From positions 1-53,655 of the forward strand of contig JBBIUU010000009.1 of the NCBI GenBank assembly GCA_037440125.1: a stretch of DNA of 53,655 nt, read 5' to 3'. Below the pieces are notes generated by a model. The model made no database searches. It worked only from the letters and a program-made list of their open reading frames with translations, and was not told the DNA's origin. The position numbers and the translations under genes are program-made. Positions 14,397-23,407 of the stretch are shown one piece after another. This DNA is from Acidobacteriota bacterium. GTDB taxonomy: Bacteria > Acidobacteriota > UBA4820 > DSQY01. Every line of letters begins with the position of its first letter. Position 1 is the stretch's first letter.

Positions 14397-15515
14397 TCAG
14401 GGGCTGCGGAGGGTGAACTTCCGGATTTCGGAGGGTCTGAAGAGCCTCATGGGTGGCCCCCAGGTGCCCGTACCCCGGCAGACCCAGAGCGTCATGGCCC
14501 CGAGGGTGTAGGGCCCCTCGAGCCTGGGGTAGGCGAAGGCGACGAGGTAGCCGAAGGGCCAGATCTGGCCTCCGTGCGTGTGCCCCGAGAGCATGAGGCC
14601 GGTCCCGAGCGCGGCGGCCTTCTCCCCCTGGAGGGGCGAGTGGCACAGGAACACGGTGGCACCCGCCGGCCTTCCGTTCAGGGCTCGCGCCACGGGGTCC
14701 CCGTCGAGGTTGAACTGGCGTCGCGCCGAGAGGTCGTCCACGCCCGCCATCACGAGCCCCGGCGCCACCTCCTGGGCGCGGTCGCGGAGGACCGTGAACC
14801 CGGCTCTCTCCATGAGGGCCACACACCGCTCCACGCCGGCGTAGAACTCGTGGTTGCCCGTCACGGCCCAGACGCCGCGGGGCGCCTTCAGGGTCTGGAG
14901 CGTGGGTAGGAGGCGCTCCACTTCAGCCGCGTCGCCGTCCACCAGGTCCCCCGTCACCGCCACGAGGTCGGGCTTCAGCGCCTCGACCTGGGCGATGCGC
15001 GCCTCGAGCCAGCGGCGTCCGAGGAGGCTTCCGAGGTGGAGGTCGGAGATCTGGACGAGGACCGTGCCGTCGAGCTCTTTGGGCAGGCCGACCAGCTTCA
15101 CGTCCGCCTCGCGCACCACGGGAGCGCGGAGCCCTTGGACGAGCGCGACGACGGCGAAGAGGGCCGCCGCGCCGAGCGCCGCGAGCCGCACGGTGGGCGC
15201 CGCCTTCTGGAGGAGCCAGCCGAAGCCGGTGACCACGTCGGCGATGAAGAGGCACGCGAGGGCGAGGAAGAGGACGCCCATCCACGACGCGCCGACGGCC
15301 TCGAGGAGCTTTCCCATGCGGGGGAGCCCCTGGTGCGCCACGATCCGGCCCAGCGGGTAGAGGACCCACAGGAGCACGAAGGCGCCCACGAGGACGCGCC
15401 GCCATAGCGCGGGCGGCGCGAGCGGCCAGAGGCGCCAGAGCACGTAGGCGTGCATGCCCGTCCAGACGGTGAGGACGACGGTGAGGAAGAGGACGAATCG
15501 CCAGGCGGACGCCAT
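14397..15515 (-). CDS. Membrane-anchored metallophosphoesterase (calcineurin-like, YkuE-type)
   Basis: Internal ATG (MASAWRFVLFL...) with GAGGAG upstream. Several N-terminal TM helices are followed by the motifs VQISDLHLG, VTGDLVDG, GNHEFY and SGHTHGGQ. Confidence 0.85.
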   Translation of the reverse strand: MASAWRFVLFLTVVLTVWTGMHAYVLWRLWPLAPPALWRRVLVGAFVLLWVLYPLGRIVAHQGLPRMGKLLEAVGASWMGVLFLALACLFIADVVTGFGWLLQKAAPTVRLAALGAAALFAVVALVQGLRAPVVREADVKLVGLPKELDGTVLVQISDLHLGSLLGRRWLEARIAQVEALKPDLVAVTGDLVDGDAAEVERLLPTLQTLKAPRGVWAVTGNHEFYAGVERCVALMERAGFTVLRDRAQEVAPGLVMAGVDDLSARRQFNLDGDPVARALNGRPAGATVFLCHSPLQGEKAAALGTGLMLSGHTHGGQIWPFGYLVAFAYPRLEGPYTLGAMTLWVCRGTGTWGPPMRLFRPSEIRKFTLRSP

Positions 15516-15615
15516 GGGGCTCCTCGGAGGCGCGGTCTTGGGACCGCGCAAGGTGGCATAGTATATCGAGATTGCGGTCGCACCTCCCGGGGTGGGGCGC
15601 AGGAGGAGGTATCTC

Positions 15616-16083
15616 ATGGAAGACTGGACCGGTGCCCCGTTGAGCCAGCCCCCCGACCGCATCCTTCCCAGCGTCTGCGCCGTGGCGCTCGACGACGGGG
15701 GACGGATCCTCCTCCACCGGCGCGCCGATAACGGCTTCTGGGGTCTGCCCGGAGGCAAAGTGGATCCGGGGGAGTCGGTGTCTGCGGCCGTGGTGAGGGA
15801 GGTCTCCGAGGAGACCGGCCTGCGGGTCTCCGTCGTCCGGCTCACGGGCGTCTACTCGGACCCGGCGGTGCGCGTCGTGGCCGCCTACCCGGACGGGCGC
15901 GTGATCCACTACGTGAACCTCACGTTCCTGTGCCGCGTCGAGGGGGGCGAGCCGGCCGTGTCCGGCGAGGGCCTGGAGGTGGGGTTCTTCGAGCCCGACC
16001 GCCTGCCCGAGCCCTTCCTCCTCGGACACCGGATCCGCCTCGGGGACGCCCGGTCCCTCGGGGTCGAGCCCTTCGTGAGGTAA
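15616..16083 (+). CDS. NUDIX hydrolase
   Basis: AGGAGGAGG lies 6 nt upstream of the ATG at 15616. Nudix box GLPGGKVDPGESVSAAVVREVSEETGL. Confidence 0.85.
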   Translation: MEDWTGAPLSQPPDRILPSVCAVALDDGGRILLHRRADNGFWGLPGGKVDPGESVSAAVVREVSEETGLRVSVVRLTGVYSDPAVRVVAAYPDGRVIHYVNLTFLCRVEGGEPAVSGEGLEVGFFEPDRLPEPFLLGHRIRLGDARSLGVEPFVR

Positions 16084-16134
16084 GATGAAGAAACGGCAAG
16101 CATCTCACAGGCCCGGGCCACGAGGGTTCCCGCG

Positions 16135-17457
16135 ATGTCGGCGAAGATGGAAGTGCTCCTCATCATGCTCCTCATCCTGTTCAACGGCGCGTTCGTCCTC
16201 GGCGAGATCGCCCTGGTCTCGGCCCGTCGCGCGCGCCTGAGGCAGCGTGCGAACGAGGGGGACCGGCGCGCCCAGGCGGCCCTCGACCTCATGGCCGAGC
16301 CCAAGCGCTTCCTCTCCACGATCCAGATCGGCATCACGCTCATCGGGGTGCTCACGGGCGCCTTCGGAGGCGCGACCGTGGCCGAGACGCTCGCCGAGAT
16401 CTTCGGAAGGGTCCCCGCCCTCGCGCCCTACGCCCACGCCCTCGGCTTCGGCGCCGTGGTCCTCGCCATCACCTTCATGAGCCTCCTCCTGGGCGAGCTC
16501 GTACCCAAGCGCATCGGCCTGGCGCACCCCGAGCGCATCGCCGCGGCCATGGCCTTCCCCATCGGCCTCTTCTCCAAGCTGGCCACACCCGCGTCTTGGG
16601 TGCTGAACGCCTCCTCCGACCTGGCCCTCAAGCTGCTCCGGGTGAGGCCCTCGGAGGAGCCGCCGGTGACCGAGGAGGAGCTCAAGATCCTCATCGAGGA
16701 GGGCACCGAGGCGGGCACCTTCGAGGCCGCCGAGCGGGACATGCTCCACCGCGTCATCCGCCTCGGCAACCGCCAGGTCTCGGCGCTCATGACGCCGCGC
16801 AGCGAGGTCGTCTGGCTCGACGTGGAGGACCCTCCCGCCGTGATCCGCCAGAAGATCAGCGGCCGCTTCCACGCGCGGTTCCCCGTGGCGAGGGGGAGCC
16901 TGGACGACATCGTGGGCGTGGTGCAGTCCAAGGAGCTCCTCGTGCCGAGCCTCTCGGGGGAGCCGCTGGACCTGAGGAAGGCGCTCCACGCGCCCCTCTA
17001 CATGCCCGAGGGGACCCCCGCGCTCAAGGCCCTCGAGCGCTTCCGCCACTCCGACACGCACCTCGCGCTCGTGGTCGACGAGTACGGCGGGTTCAAGGGC
17101 CTGGTCACCATGAACGACCTCCTGGCCTCCATCGTGGGCGAGCTGGAGGAGGCCCGCGAGGCGCAGGAGCCCAGCGCCGTTCGGAGGGAGGATGGCACCT
17201 GGCTCGTGGACGGGATGATGCCCGTGGACGAGTTCCGCGAAACCTTCCGGCTGGCCCGCCTCCCCGGGGAGGAGAAGGGCTACTTCCGCACCGTGGGCGG
17301 CTTCGTCATGATGCAGCTCGGCCGCGTCCCCAAGACGGCGGACCACTTCGAGTGGCTCGGCCACCGCTTCGAGGTGGTGGACATGGACGGCCGCCGCGTG
17401 GACAAGGTGCTCGTCACGCCGCCCCCGGAGCCCGAGCCGCCGGAGGACGGGGCGTGA
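16135..17457 (+). CDS. HlyC/CorC (CNNM) family transporter: DUF21 membrane domain, CBS pair and CorC_HlyC domain
   Basis: 440-aa ORF. N-terminal TM region, EEELKILIEEG...ERDMLHRV..L linker, CBS-like region, and C-terminal GGFVMMQLGRVP...G..FEVVDMDGRRVDKVLV. Confidence 0.9.
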   Translation: MSAKMEVLLIMLLILFNGAFVLGEIALVSARRARLRQRANEGDRRAQAALDLMAEPKRFLSTIQIGITLIGVLTGAFGGATVAETLAEIFGRVPALAPYAHALGFGAVVLAITFMSLLLGELVPKRIGLAHPERIAAAMAFPIGLFSKLATPASWVLNASSDLALKLLRVRPSEEPPVTEEELKILIEEGTEAGTFEAAERDMLHRVIRLGNRQVSALMTPRSEVVWLDVEDPPAVIRQKISGRFHARFPVARGSLDDIVGVVQSKELLVPSLSGEPLDLRKALHAPLYMPEGTPALKALERFRHSDTHLALVVDEYGGFKGLVTMNDLLASIVGELEEAREAQEPSAVRREDGTWLVDGMMPVDEFRETFRLARLPGEEKGYFRTVGGFVMMQLGRVPKTADHFEWLGHRFEVVDMDGRRVDKVLVTPPPEPEPPEDGA

Positions 17458-17954
17458 TGCGGCCGAGCGCGGAGGAGGTCATCGCGCTCCTCGGCCTGAA
17501 ACCCCTGCCCGCGGAGGGGGGCTTTTACGCCGAGACCCACCGTTCCTCGGACCTGACGATCGCGCCGGATGGCTCGGCGCGCTCCCTGGCCACCTCCATC
17601 CTCTACCTGCTGACGGCCGAAAGCATCTCGGCCCTCCACCGCCTCCGCGGCGACGAGGTCTACCACTTCTACCTCGGCGATCCCGTGGAGCTCCTGACCC
17701 TCCCGCCCGGCGGCCCCGGCGAGGTCACGGTTCTGGGGCACGGCCTGCTGGCGGGCCAGCGTGTCCAGCACACGGTGCCCGCGGGAACTTGGCAGGGAAG
17801 CCGTCTCGTGCCGGGCGGGGCCTGGGCCCTGCTGGGCACGACCATGGCGCCGGGTTACGACCCCGCCGATTTCGAGCTCGCCGACGCGCGGGCCCTCGCG
17901 GCCGCCTACCCGGCCCACTCGGGCCTCATCGCCGCGCTTGCGCCGGGGACCTGA
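17457..17954 (+). CDS. Cupin superfamily protein (DUF985-like)
   Basis: The ATG overlaps the preceding TGA by 1 nt (GTGATG). Blocks GGFYAETHRS, ILYLL, HRLRGDEVYHFYLGDP and APGYDPADFEL resemble DUF985 cupins. Confidence 0.75.
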   Translation: MRPSAEEVIALLGLKPLPAEGGFYAETHRSSDLTIAPDGSARSLATSILYLLTAESISALHRLRGDEVYHFYLGDPVELLTLPPGGPGEVTVLGHGLLAGQRVQHTVPAGTWQGSRLVPGGAWALLGTTMAPGYDPADFELADARALAAAYPAHSGLIAALAPGT

Positions 17955-18049
17955 TCCCTCTCCCAAAGGCAATGAAGACGGTGCATCCAGCGTCGCCAGG
18001 GTGTATACTACGCATCGGAGCGGCCCGCGTTCCTGTGAGGAGAGACCGC

Positions 18050-18703
18050 GTGGATGTGAAGCGGCACCCGTACTGGCACCTGGAGGAGATCCTCAACAGC
18101 GTCACCCACGGTGTGGGCCTCGCCCTGAGCGCCGCGGGGCTCGTGGTCCTCGTGGTCCTGGCCTCGCTCCGAGGCAACGCCTGGCACATCGTGGCGTGCG
18201 CCATCTACGGCACCTCCCTCATCCTGCTCTACACCGCCTCCACCCTTTACCACGCCTTCCGCGGGCCCAAGGTTCGAAAGGTCTTCCAGAAACTCGATCA
18301 CGCCTCCATCTACGTCCTCATCGCAGGGACATACACCCCGCTGGTCCTGGTGAACCTGCGGGGCGGTTGGGGCTGGACCCTCTTCGGCCTCGTGTGGGGG
18401 CTCGCCGTGGCGGGCATCGTCTTCAAGGCCCTCTCCGCGGGACGCTTCGAGATCCTCTCCACGCTCCTCTACCTCGGCATGGGCTGGCTGGCGATCATCG
18501 CCGTGAACCCCATCCTGAAGGCCCTGCCCGACCTGGGGCTCCTCTTCCTCCTCCTGGGCGGCCTTGCCTACAGCCTCGGATGCGTCTTCTACCTCAGGGA
18601 CGCCAAGCCCTTCCGCCACCTCGCCTGGCACTTCTTCGTCCTGGCCGGAAGCGTGTTCCACTACTTCGCCATCCTCGTCTCCGTGGTGCCCGACCGGGCG
18701 TGA
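18050..18703 (+). CDS. Hemolysin III / PAQR family membrane protein
   Basis: EEILNSVTHGVGL, ASTLYHA, LDHASIYVLIAGTYTP and HLAWHFFVLAGS.FHY are typical blocks. The GTG at 18050 has GAGGAG 7 nt upstream and gives a family-typical ~217 aa. An upstream ATG at 17972 is an alternative start. Confidence 0.8.
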   Translation: MDVKRHPYWHLEEILNSVTHGVGLALSAAGLVVLVVLASLRGNAWHIVACAIYGTSLILLYTASTLYHAFRGPKVRKVFQKLDHASIYVLIAGTYTPLVLVNLRGGWGWTLFGLVWGLAVAGIVFKALSAGRFEILSTLLYLGMGWLAIIAVNPILKALPDLGLLFLLLGGLAYSLGCVFYLRDAKPFRHLAWHFFVLAGSVFHYFAILVSVVPDRA

Positions 18704-18710
18704 GGAACAG

Positions 18711-19310
18711 GTGAGCCCGGCCCGCGGCGCCTCCTCCACTCCCTACACCTTCCGACCCCTGACGCCCGACCTCTGGGGCGACCTCGTGGACCTCTTCGGC
18801 GCGCGGGGTGCGTGCGGCGGGTGCTGGTGCATGGCCTGGCGCCTCCGCCCTTCGGAGTTCCGTGCGCAGAAGGGCGAGGGCAACCGCCGCGCGTTCAAGG
18901 CCGTGGTGAAGAAAGGGCCGCCTCCGGGCGTGCTCGCGTACGAGGGCGGGACCGCCGTGGGCTGGTGCGCCGTGGCCCCCCGGGACGCCTACCCCCGGCT
19001 CGCGAACTCCAAGGTCCTGGCGCCCGTGGACGGCCACGCCGTCTGGTCCGTGAGCTGCCTCTTCGTCCGCAAGGAGCACCGGCGGAAGGGCCTTTCGGGC
19101 GACCTCCTGGCGGCCGCGGCGGACCTGGCCCGCTCCCACGGCGCGGAGGTGGTGGAAGGCTACCCGACCGACACGAAGGGGGAGAGCCAGCCCGCGCCCT
19201 TCGTCTGGACGGGCCTCCCCTCGGCGTTTCGAAAGGCGGGGTTCGAGGAGGTGGCGCGCCGCTCGCCGACACGCCCCATCATGCGCCTGGTCTTGAAAGA
19301 GAGGAGGTGA
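18711..19310 (+). CDS. GNAT family N-acetyltransferase
   Basis: GTG start with GAGGA upstream, 8 nt after the preceding stop. V.KEHRRKGLSGDLLAAAADLARSHGAEVVEGYP is an acetyl-CoA binding-type motif. Confidence 0.75.
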   Translation: MSPARGASSTPYTFRPLTPDLWGDLVDLFGARGACGGCWCMAWRLRPSEFRAQKGEGNRRAFKAVVKKGPPPGVLAYEGGTAVGWCAVAPRDAYPRLANSKVLAPVDGHAVWSVSCLFVRKEHRRKGLSGDLLAAAADLARSHGAEVVEGYPTDTKGESQPAPFVWTGLPSAFRKAGFEEVARRSPTRPIMRLVLKERR

Positions 19311-19357
19311 GGCCTCGCGGCCCCACCTCCGTTCCCCCCTGAAACACCTCGTTCGGT

Positions 19358-20644
19358 TCAGTTGACGGCTACCCCGACGCGGTCCCAGAAGTCGCGGTAG
19401 CGGTCCCGGGCCTCGGCCTGCCCGCGGGCGCGGGCGCCGTCGAGCACCTCGAACTTCGACCGCAGGAGGTCCACGAGGTCCTCATCGAGGGCGCGAGAGG
19501 AGGTCATCCGCTCGAGGATGGCCATGCTCCCCTCGCGGGACATTCCCTTCCGGTACGGCCGGTCCTCCGTGAGCGCCGTGAACACGTCCGACACGGCGAC
19601 GATGCGGCTGCCCAGGGAGAGCTCTTCGCCCACGCGGTGGAAGGGGTAGCCTCTGCCGTCGAGACGCTCGTGGTGGAAGGCCGCCCACTGCGTGAGGTCC
19701 TCCCCCATCCCCGAGGCGCGCAGCAGGCGGTAGGTATGGTAGCTGTGGCTCTTGATGAGGTTGAACTGCCTCGGGGTCAAGGTAGAGGGCTTCTCGAGGA
19801 CCTCCACCGGCACCGCGAGCTTGCCGAGGTCGTGGAGGTGCCCCGCCACCTTGAGCCCGCCGCAGTCCTCCGCGGAGAGCCCCACGAGCTTCCCCATGGC
19901 GGGCGCCACCGATCCGACGCCGCTCGTGTGGGTCGCGGTGAAGCGGCTCCTGAAGTCCACGATCTGGCAGAAGAGGGCGGCGAAGGCGTCGATGCCCTCG
20001 GCGTCCAGCGGCACCGGCTCCAGGAAGTCCCCGAATCCACCCTCCTCGGCGAGGGACCCGATCCTCAGCCAGAAGCTCTCCTTCGAGGCCGCCTCCAGGA
20101 ACCCCTCCACGAGCATGGGGACGAACATCTTGCCGCGCTGCTCGGAGATCCGGCGCCGGATCTCCGGGGCCTGCCCCAGGACCTCGCGGCCGTCCTTGAC
20201 GAGCACCGCCACGCGGTCCGCGAGGTGGAGGAGGTGGCTCGCGAGGGGGACCTCGTGCCCCCGGTGGCTGTGGCCCCGGCCGTCCCACCACTCCACGTGG
20301 TGGAAACGGATGAGGTCCGCTGCGTCCGAAAGCGGCGCGAACCCCCTCAGCAGCTGGTAGCCCACCTCGCCGTGCCAGTCTCTTCCCGGCTCGGCGGTCT
20401 CGGACTCCTCGAATTGGAGCGTCTCGATCCGCTCCGCGAGGGAGAGGGCCCCCACGTCGTGCATCATGGCCGCCAGGATGACCGTCCTGCGCTCGGCGGG
20501 CTTGAGCGCCAGCGCCGCCGCAATCTGCGCGGCGATGAAGGCGGTCCGGCGGTGGTGTCCGTGGAGCGCCGGATAGACGAGGTCCACCGCGGTGGAGAGC
20601 CCGCTGATCATGTCCAGGTGCGTCACCTTCGCCATCGGAGCCAT
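19358..20644 (-). CDS. Tandem HD / HD-GYP domain phosphohydrolase
   Basis: First module: HDVG ... HHVEWWDGRGHSH. Second module: HLHDLGKLAVP ... HHERLDGRGYPF (canonical HD-GYP). Confidence 0.85.
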   Translation of the reverse strand: MAPMAKVTHLDMISGLSTAVDLVYPALHGHHRRTAFIAAQIAAALALKPAERRTVILAAMMHDVGALSLAERIETLQFEESETAEPGRDWHGEVGYQLLRGFAPLSDAADLIRFHHVEWWDGRGHSHRGHEVPLASHLLHLADRVAVLVKDGREVLGQAPEIRRRISEQRGKMFVPMLVEGFLEAASKESFWLRIGSLAEEGGFGDFLEPVPLDAEGIDAFAALFCQIVDFRSRFTATHTSGVGSVAPAMGKLVGLSAEDCGGLKVAGHLHDLGKLAVPVEVLEKPSTLTPRQFNLIKSHSYHTYRLLRASGMGEDLTQWAAFHHERLDGRGYPFHRVGEELSLGSRIVAVSDVFTALTEDRPYRKGMSREGSMAILERMTSSRALDEDLVDLLRSKFEVLDGARARGQAEARDRYRDFWDRVGVAVN

Positions 20645-20845
20645 CTGGTCCCTCGCGGGTCTGTCGAAAACTTAAGGACCGGCACCCTCAAAGTCAACGA
20701 ACCCCCAGGCGCGTCGGCGGCTCGGGGCAACTGGCGAACGGGGGCTAACTCCTGTACAATCTCGGGCGTCGAGCGCCGCGCCTGGCCTCGGCTCGGCGGG
20801 GACGGGCCCCGTCATTCCCCGCACAGGCGTTCCCAGGAGACCCCC

Positions 20846-21466
20846 ATGAAATCGTTCGCCGCCGCCCTCTGCCTCGCCCTCGCCGCATGCTCTCTCTGGG
20901 GTCAGGACAGCCGGGTGCCGTCCTCCGCGACACAGTCCGCCTCCAAACCCGCCAAGAAGCAGGTGGTGGTGGTCGTCATCGACATGGCCAAGATCGTGAA
21001 GGACTCCAACCTCTCCAAGAGCGTCCAGGCCGAGTTCCAGGCCTGGGTCGAGCAGGTCAAGGCCGCGCTCCAGCCCAGGGGCGAGACGATCCGCGCGAAG
21101 CAGGAGGCCCTGAAGAACCAGGGCGACAAGCTCACGCCCGACCAGAAGCAGACGCGCGAGAAGGAGATCGGCGTCCTCCAGAGCGAGCTCACCCAGCTCC
21201 AGCAGAAGGTCCAGCAGGACTACCAGACGCGCCAGCAGATGGCCGAGGACCGCCTCCGCAAGGCCTTCGACCCGCTGGTGGACGCCCTCGCCAAGGAGAA
21301 CGGCTGGGACATCATCCTCACGAAGTCGGACCGCATGGTCTGGAACAGCGACGCCGTGGACCAGACCGATTACGTCCTCGCGCGCTTCAACGCCGCGACG
21401 GCCTCTCAGCTCGCGGCCCCCGCGGCCGCGCCCGCCCCCGCGCCGGCTCCCGCGCGCGGCAACTGA
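20846..21466 (+). CDS. OmpH/Skp family periplasmic chaperone
   Basis: AGGAGA upstream of the ATG. Signal peptide MKSFAAALCLALAACSLWG. Gln/Lys/Glu-rich helical body with the D...I.....Y. pattern typical of Skp. Ala/Pro-rich tail. Confidence 0.75.
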   Translation: MKSFAAALCLALAACSLWGQDSRVPSSATQSASKPAKKQVVVVVIDMAKIVKDSNLSKSVQAEFQAWVEQVKAALQPRGETIRAKQEALKNQGDKLTPDQKQTREKEIGVLQSELTQLQQKVQQDYQTRQQMAEDRLRKAFDPLVDALAKENGWDIILTKSDRMVWNSDAVDQTDYVLARFNAATASQLAAPAAAPAPAPAPARGN

Positions 21467-21492
21467 TCCGCGCGGACCTCTCCGGAACGACG

Positions 21493-21519
21493 GCGGCCGC
21501 CCGCGAGGGCGGCCGCTTT
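21493..21519 (+). terminator. Intrinsic terminator hairpin shared by the convergent skp-like and radical SAM genes
   Basis: Stem gcggccgccc, loop gcga, stem gggcggccgc (10-bp perfect), followed by ttt. Confidence 0.55.
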
Positions 21520-21547
21520 CCGTCCGGGGGGAAGAGGGGGTCGCGGC

Positions 21548-22531
21548 CTAGTCGAAGGCCTCCTCGCCCGAGGTGTTGCTGATCGTGCAGTTCTTGCAGA
21601 GGGAGATCTGGTCCATGTGGCCCTCGGAGAAGAGCCTCCGGATGCCCACCGCCTTCGGGGCGTTCCACACCTCCTCGATGGAGGTCTCCGCCACGTTGCC
21701 CAGGACCACGGCGCGCGTGTAGTCCGTGCAGCACAGGACCATGTCGCCGTTCCAGAGGATGTAGGCCTGCTTGAAGAGGCGCGTGCAGTCGGCGAACCGC
21801 TTGAGGGGCTTGCCGTCGGGGGCGAGCTGGTTCGCGATCGCGATGTTCCCGCCGCGGTTCTCCAGGGGCGTCCACTTGCTCTGCACGCCCCTCGCGTGCC
21901 AGAAGGCCACGGCCTTCTCCGTGTCGATGAGGTTCGTGGCCACCATCGTGACCACGATCTTGAAGCGCTCTTCGCCACCGGCCTTCTTCCACTTCTCGAT
22001 GAGGCGCTCCACGTTGGCGAGCGTCTTCTCGAAGACCAGGCTGCCGCGCATGGTGGCCTCGTAGCCCGCTTTCTCCACGCCCTGGAAGGAGATGTAGAGG
22101 GCGTGGAGGGCGTCCTCCTCGAGGAGGCCGTCCACGGTGGCCTCGTCCAGGCGGGATCCGTTGGTCGTCAGGACGATCTTGGCGTCGGGAACGCGCCGGT
22201 GGATGATCCGCAGGCGCTCCACCATCTTGGGGTCGAGGAACGGCTCGTTGTTGGAGTAGGGCGAGACGCGGCGCACCCGATGCCGCGCGATCTCGTCCAC
22301 GATCTTCTCGAAGAGCTCCTCGCTCATGCGCCCCTTGGGCTGGCTCTCGATGGTCAGCGGGTAGGGGCAGAACACGCACGCCGCGTTGCACGCGGAGTGG
22401 GTCTCGAACTGCACGGTCCTGGGGAAGGAGGGCACGTGCCGCCTCGTGGCCGACTTCCACAGTCGGACCGGGGCCGCATCCTCATCGGAAGGGACGTAAT
22501 AGTGCGTCTTGAGACTTCTCAGAAAGCCCAC
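21548..22531 (-). CDS. Radical SAM protein with a Cys-rich SPASM/twitch-like C-terminal domain
   Basis: CNAACVFCPY is a CxxxCxxC cluster. C-terminal CTRLF...VLCCTDY...C.NC. The GTG at 22531 has AGGAG 6 nt upstream. The track start TTG at 22537 directly abuts the SD and is less likely. Confidence 0.8.
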   Translation of the reverse strand: MGFLRSLKTHYYVPSDEDAAPVRLWKSATRRHVPSFPRTVQFETHSACNAACVFCPYPLTIESQPKGRMSEELFEKIVDEIARHRVRRVSPYSNNEPFLDPKMVERLRIIHRRVPDAKIVLTTNGSRLDEATVDGLLEEDALHALYISFQGVEKAGYEATMRGSLVFEKTLANVERLIEKWKKAGGEERFKIVVTMVATNLIDTEKAVAFWHARGVQSKWTPLENRGGNIAIANQLAPDGKPLKRFADCTRLFKQAYILWNGDMVLCCTDYTRAVVLGNVAETSIEEVWNAPKAVGIRRLFSEGHMDQISLCKNCTISNTSGEEAFD

Positions 22532-22611
22532 GGGCAACTCCTAGACAGGCACCGGTTGCGACCTGGGAATTCTAACGCATGTCGTGGTCGATTGTTCCCG
22601 GGTGGCGAGTG

Positions 22612-23316
22612 CTACCCCGCCATCTCGGCGAGGATCGCGGCGCAGGCGGCGGCCGGGTCGGGGGCGCCCGTGACGGGCCGTCCCACGACGAGGTAGTCGG
22701 CCCCCGCCTCGACGGCCCCCCTGGGCGTGGCGATGCGCTTCTGGTCGCCGGCGTCGGCGCCCGCGGGGCGGATGCCCGGGCAGACGGTCAGGAAGGAGAC
22801 GCCGGAGGCTTCCTTGATCCCGGCGGCCTCCTGGGGGGAGCAGACCACCCCGTCGAGCCCCGCGCCCTTGCCCACGGAGGCGAGGCGCAGGGCGGCCTCC
22901 TTGGGGCTCCCAGCGTAGCCCACGGCGGACAAGTCCTCCGGGGCCAGGCTCGTGAGGACGGTCACGCCGATCACCAGGGGACGGGGCAGGCCGAGCTTGG
23001 CGGCCTCGTCGGCGGACGCCTGGGCTGCGGCCGCGCACATGGCCTGCCCGCCCGCGCAGTGCACGTTGAAGAGCTGGGCGCCCGATCGTGCCACCACGCG
23101 GGAGGCGGCGCCCACGGTGTTGGGGATGTCGTGGAGCTTCACGTCCGCGAAGACCTGGAACCCCCTCGCGCGAACGCGCTCCACGAGGGGAAGACCGAAG
23201 GCGTAGAGGGCCTCGAACCCAAGCTTGATCCAGACGGGCTGACCGCCCACCGCGGCGAGGAGCTCGTCCAGCTTGCGCTCGTCACGGACGTCGACGGCGA
23301 TGATCAATTCTGCCAA
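22612..23316 (-). CDS. pyrF: Orotidine 5-prime-phosphate decarboxylase
   Basis: IIAVDV...WIKLG.E...FG...V..........VFADVKLHDIPNTV is the PyrF signature. TTG start with GGAGGA 4 nt upstream. Confidence 0.9.
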   Translation of the reverse strand: MAELIIAVDVRDERKLDELLAAVGGQPVWIKLGFEALYAFGLPLVERVRARGFQVFADVKLHDIPNTVGAASRVVARSGAQLFNVHCAGGQAMCAAAAQASADEAAKLGLPRPLVIGVTVLTSLAPEDLSAVGYAGSPKEAALRLASVGKGAGLDGVVCSPQEAAGIKEASGVSFLTVCPGIRPAGADAGDQKRIATPRGAVEAGADYLVVGRPVTGAPDPAAACAAILAEMAG

Positions 23317-23407
23317 GGGGTCCTCCGAAGGAGTGGTGAGTCGGAAGGCGTGAGGCGCGAGCGAAAGGAGGACGCCCTCCTCACGCCTCGAGCCTCATGC
23401 CTCGCGC

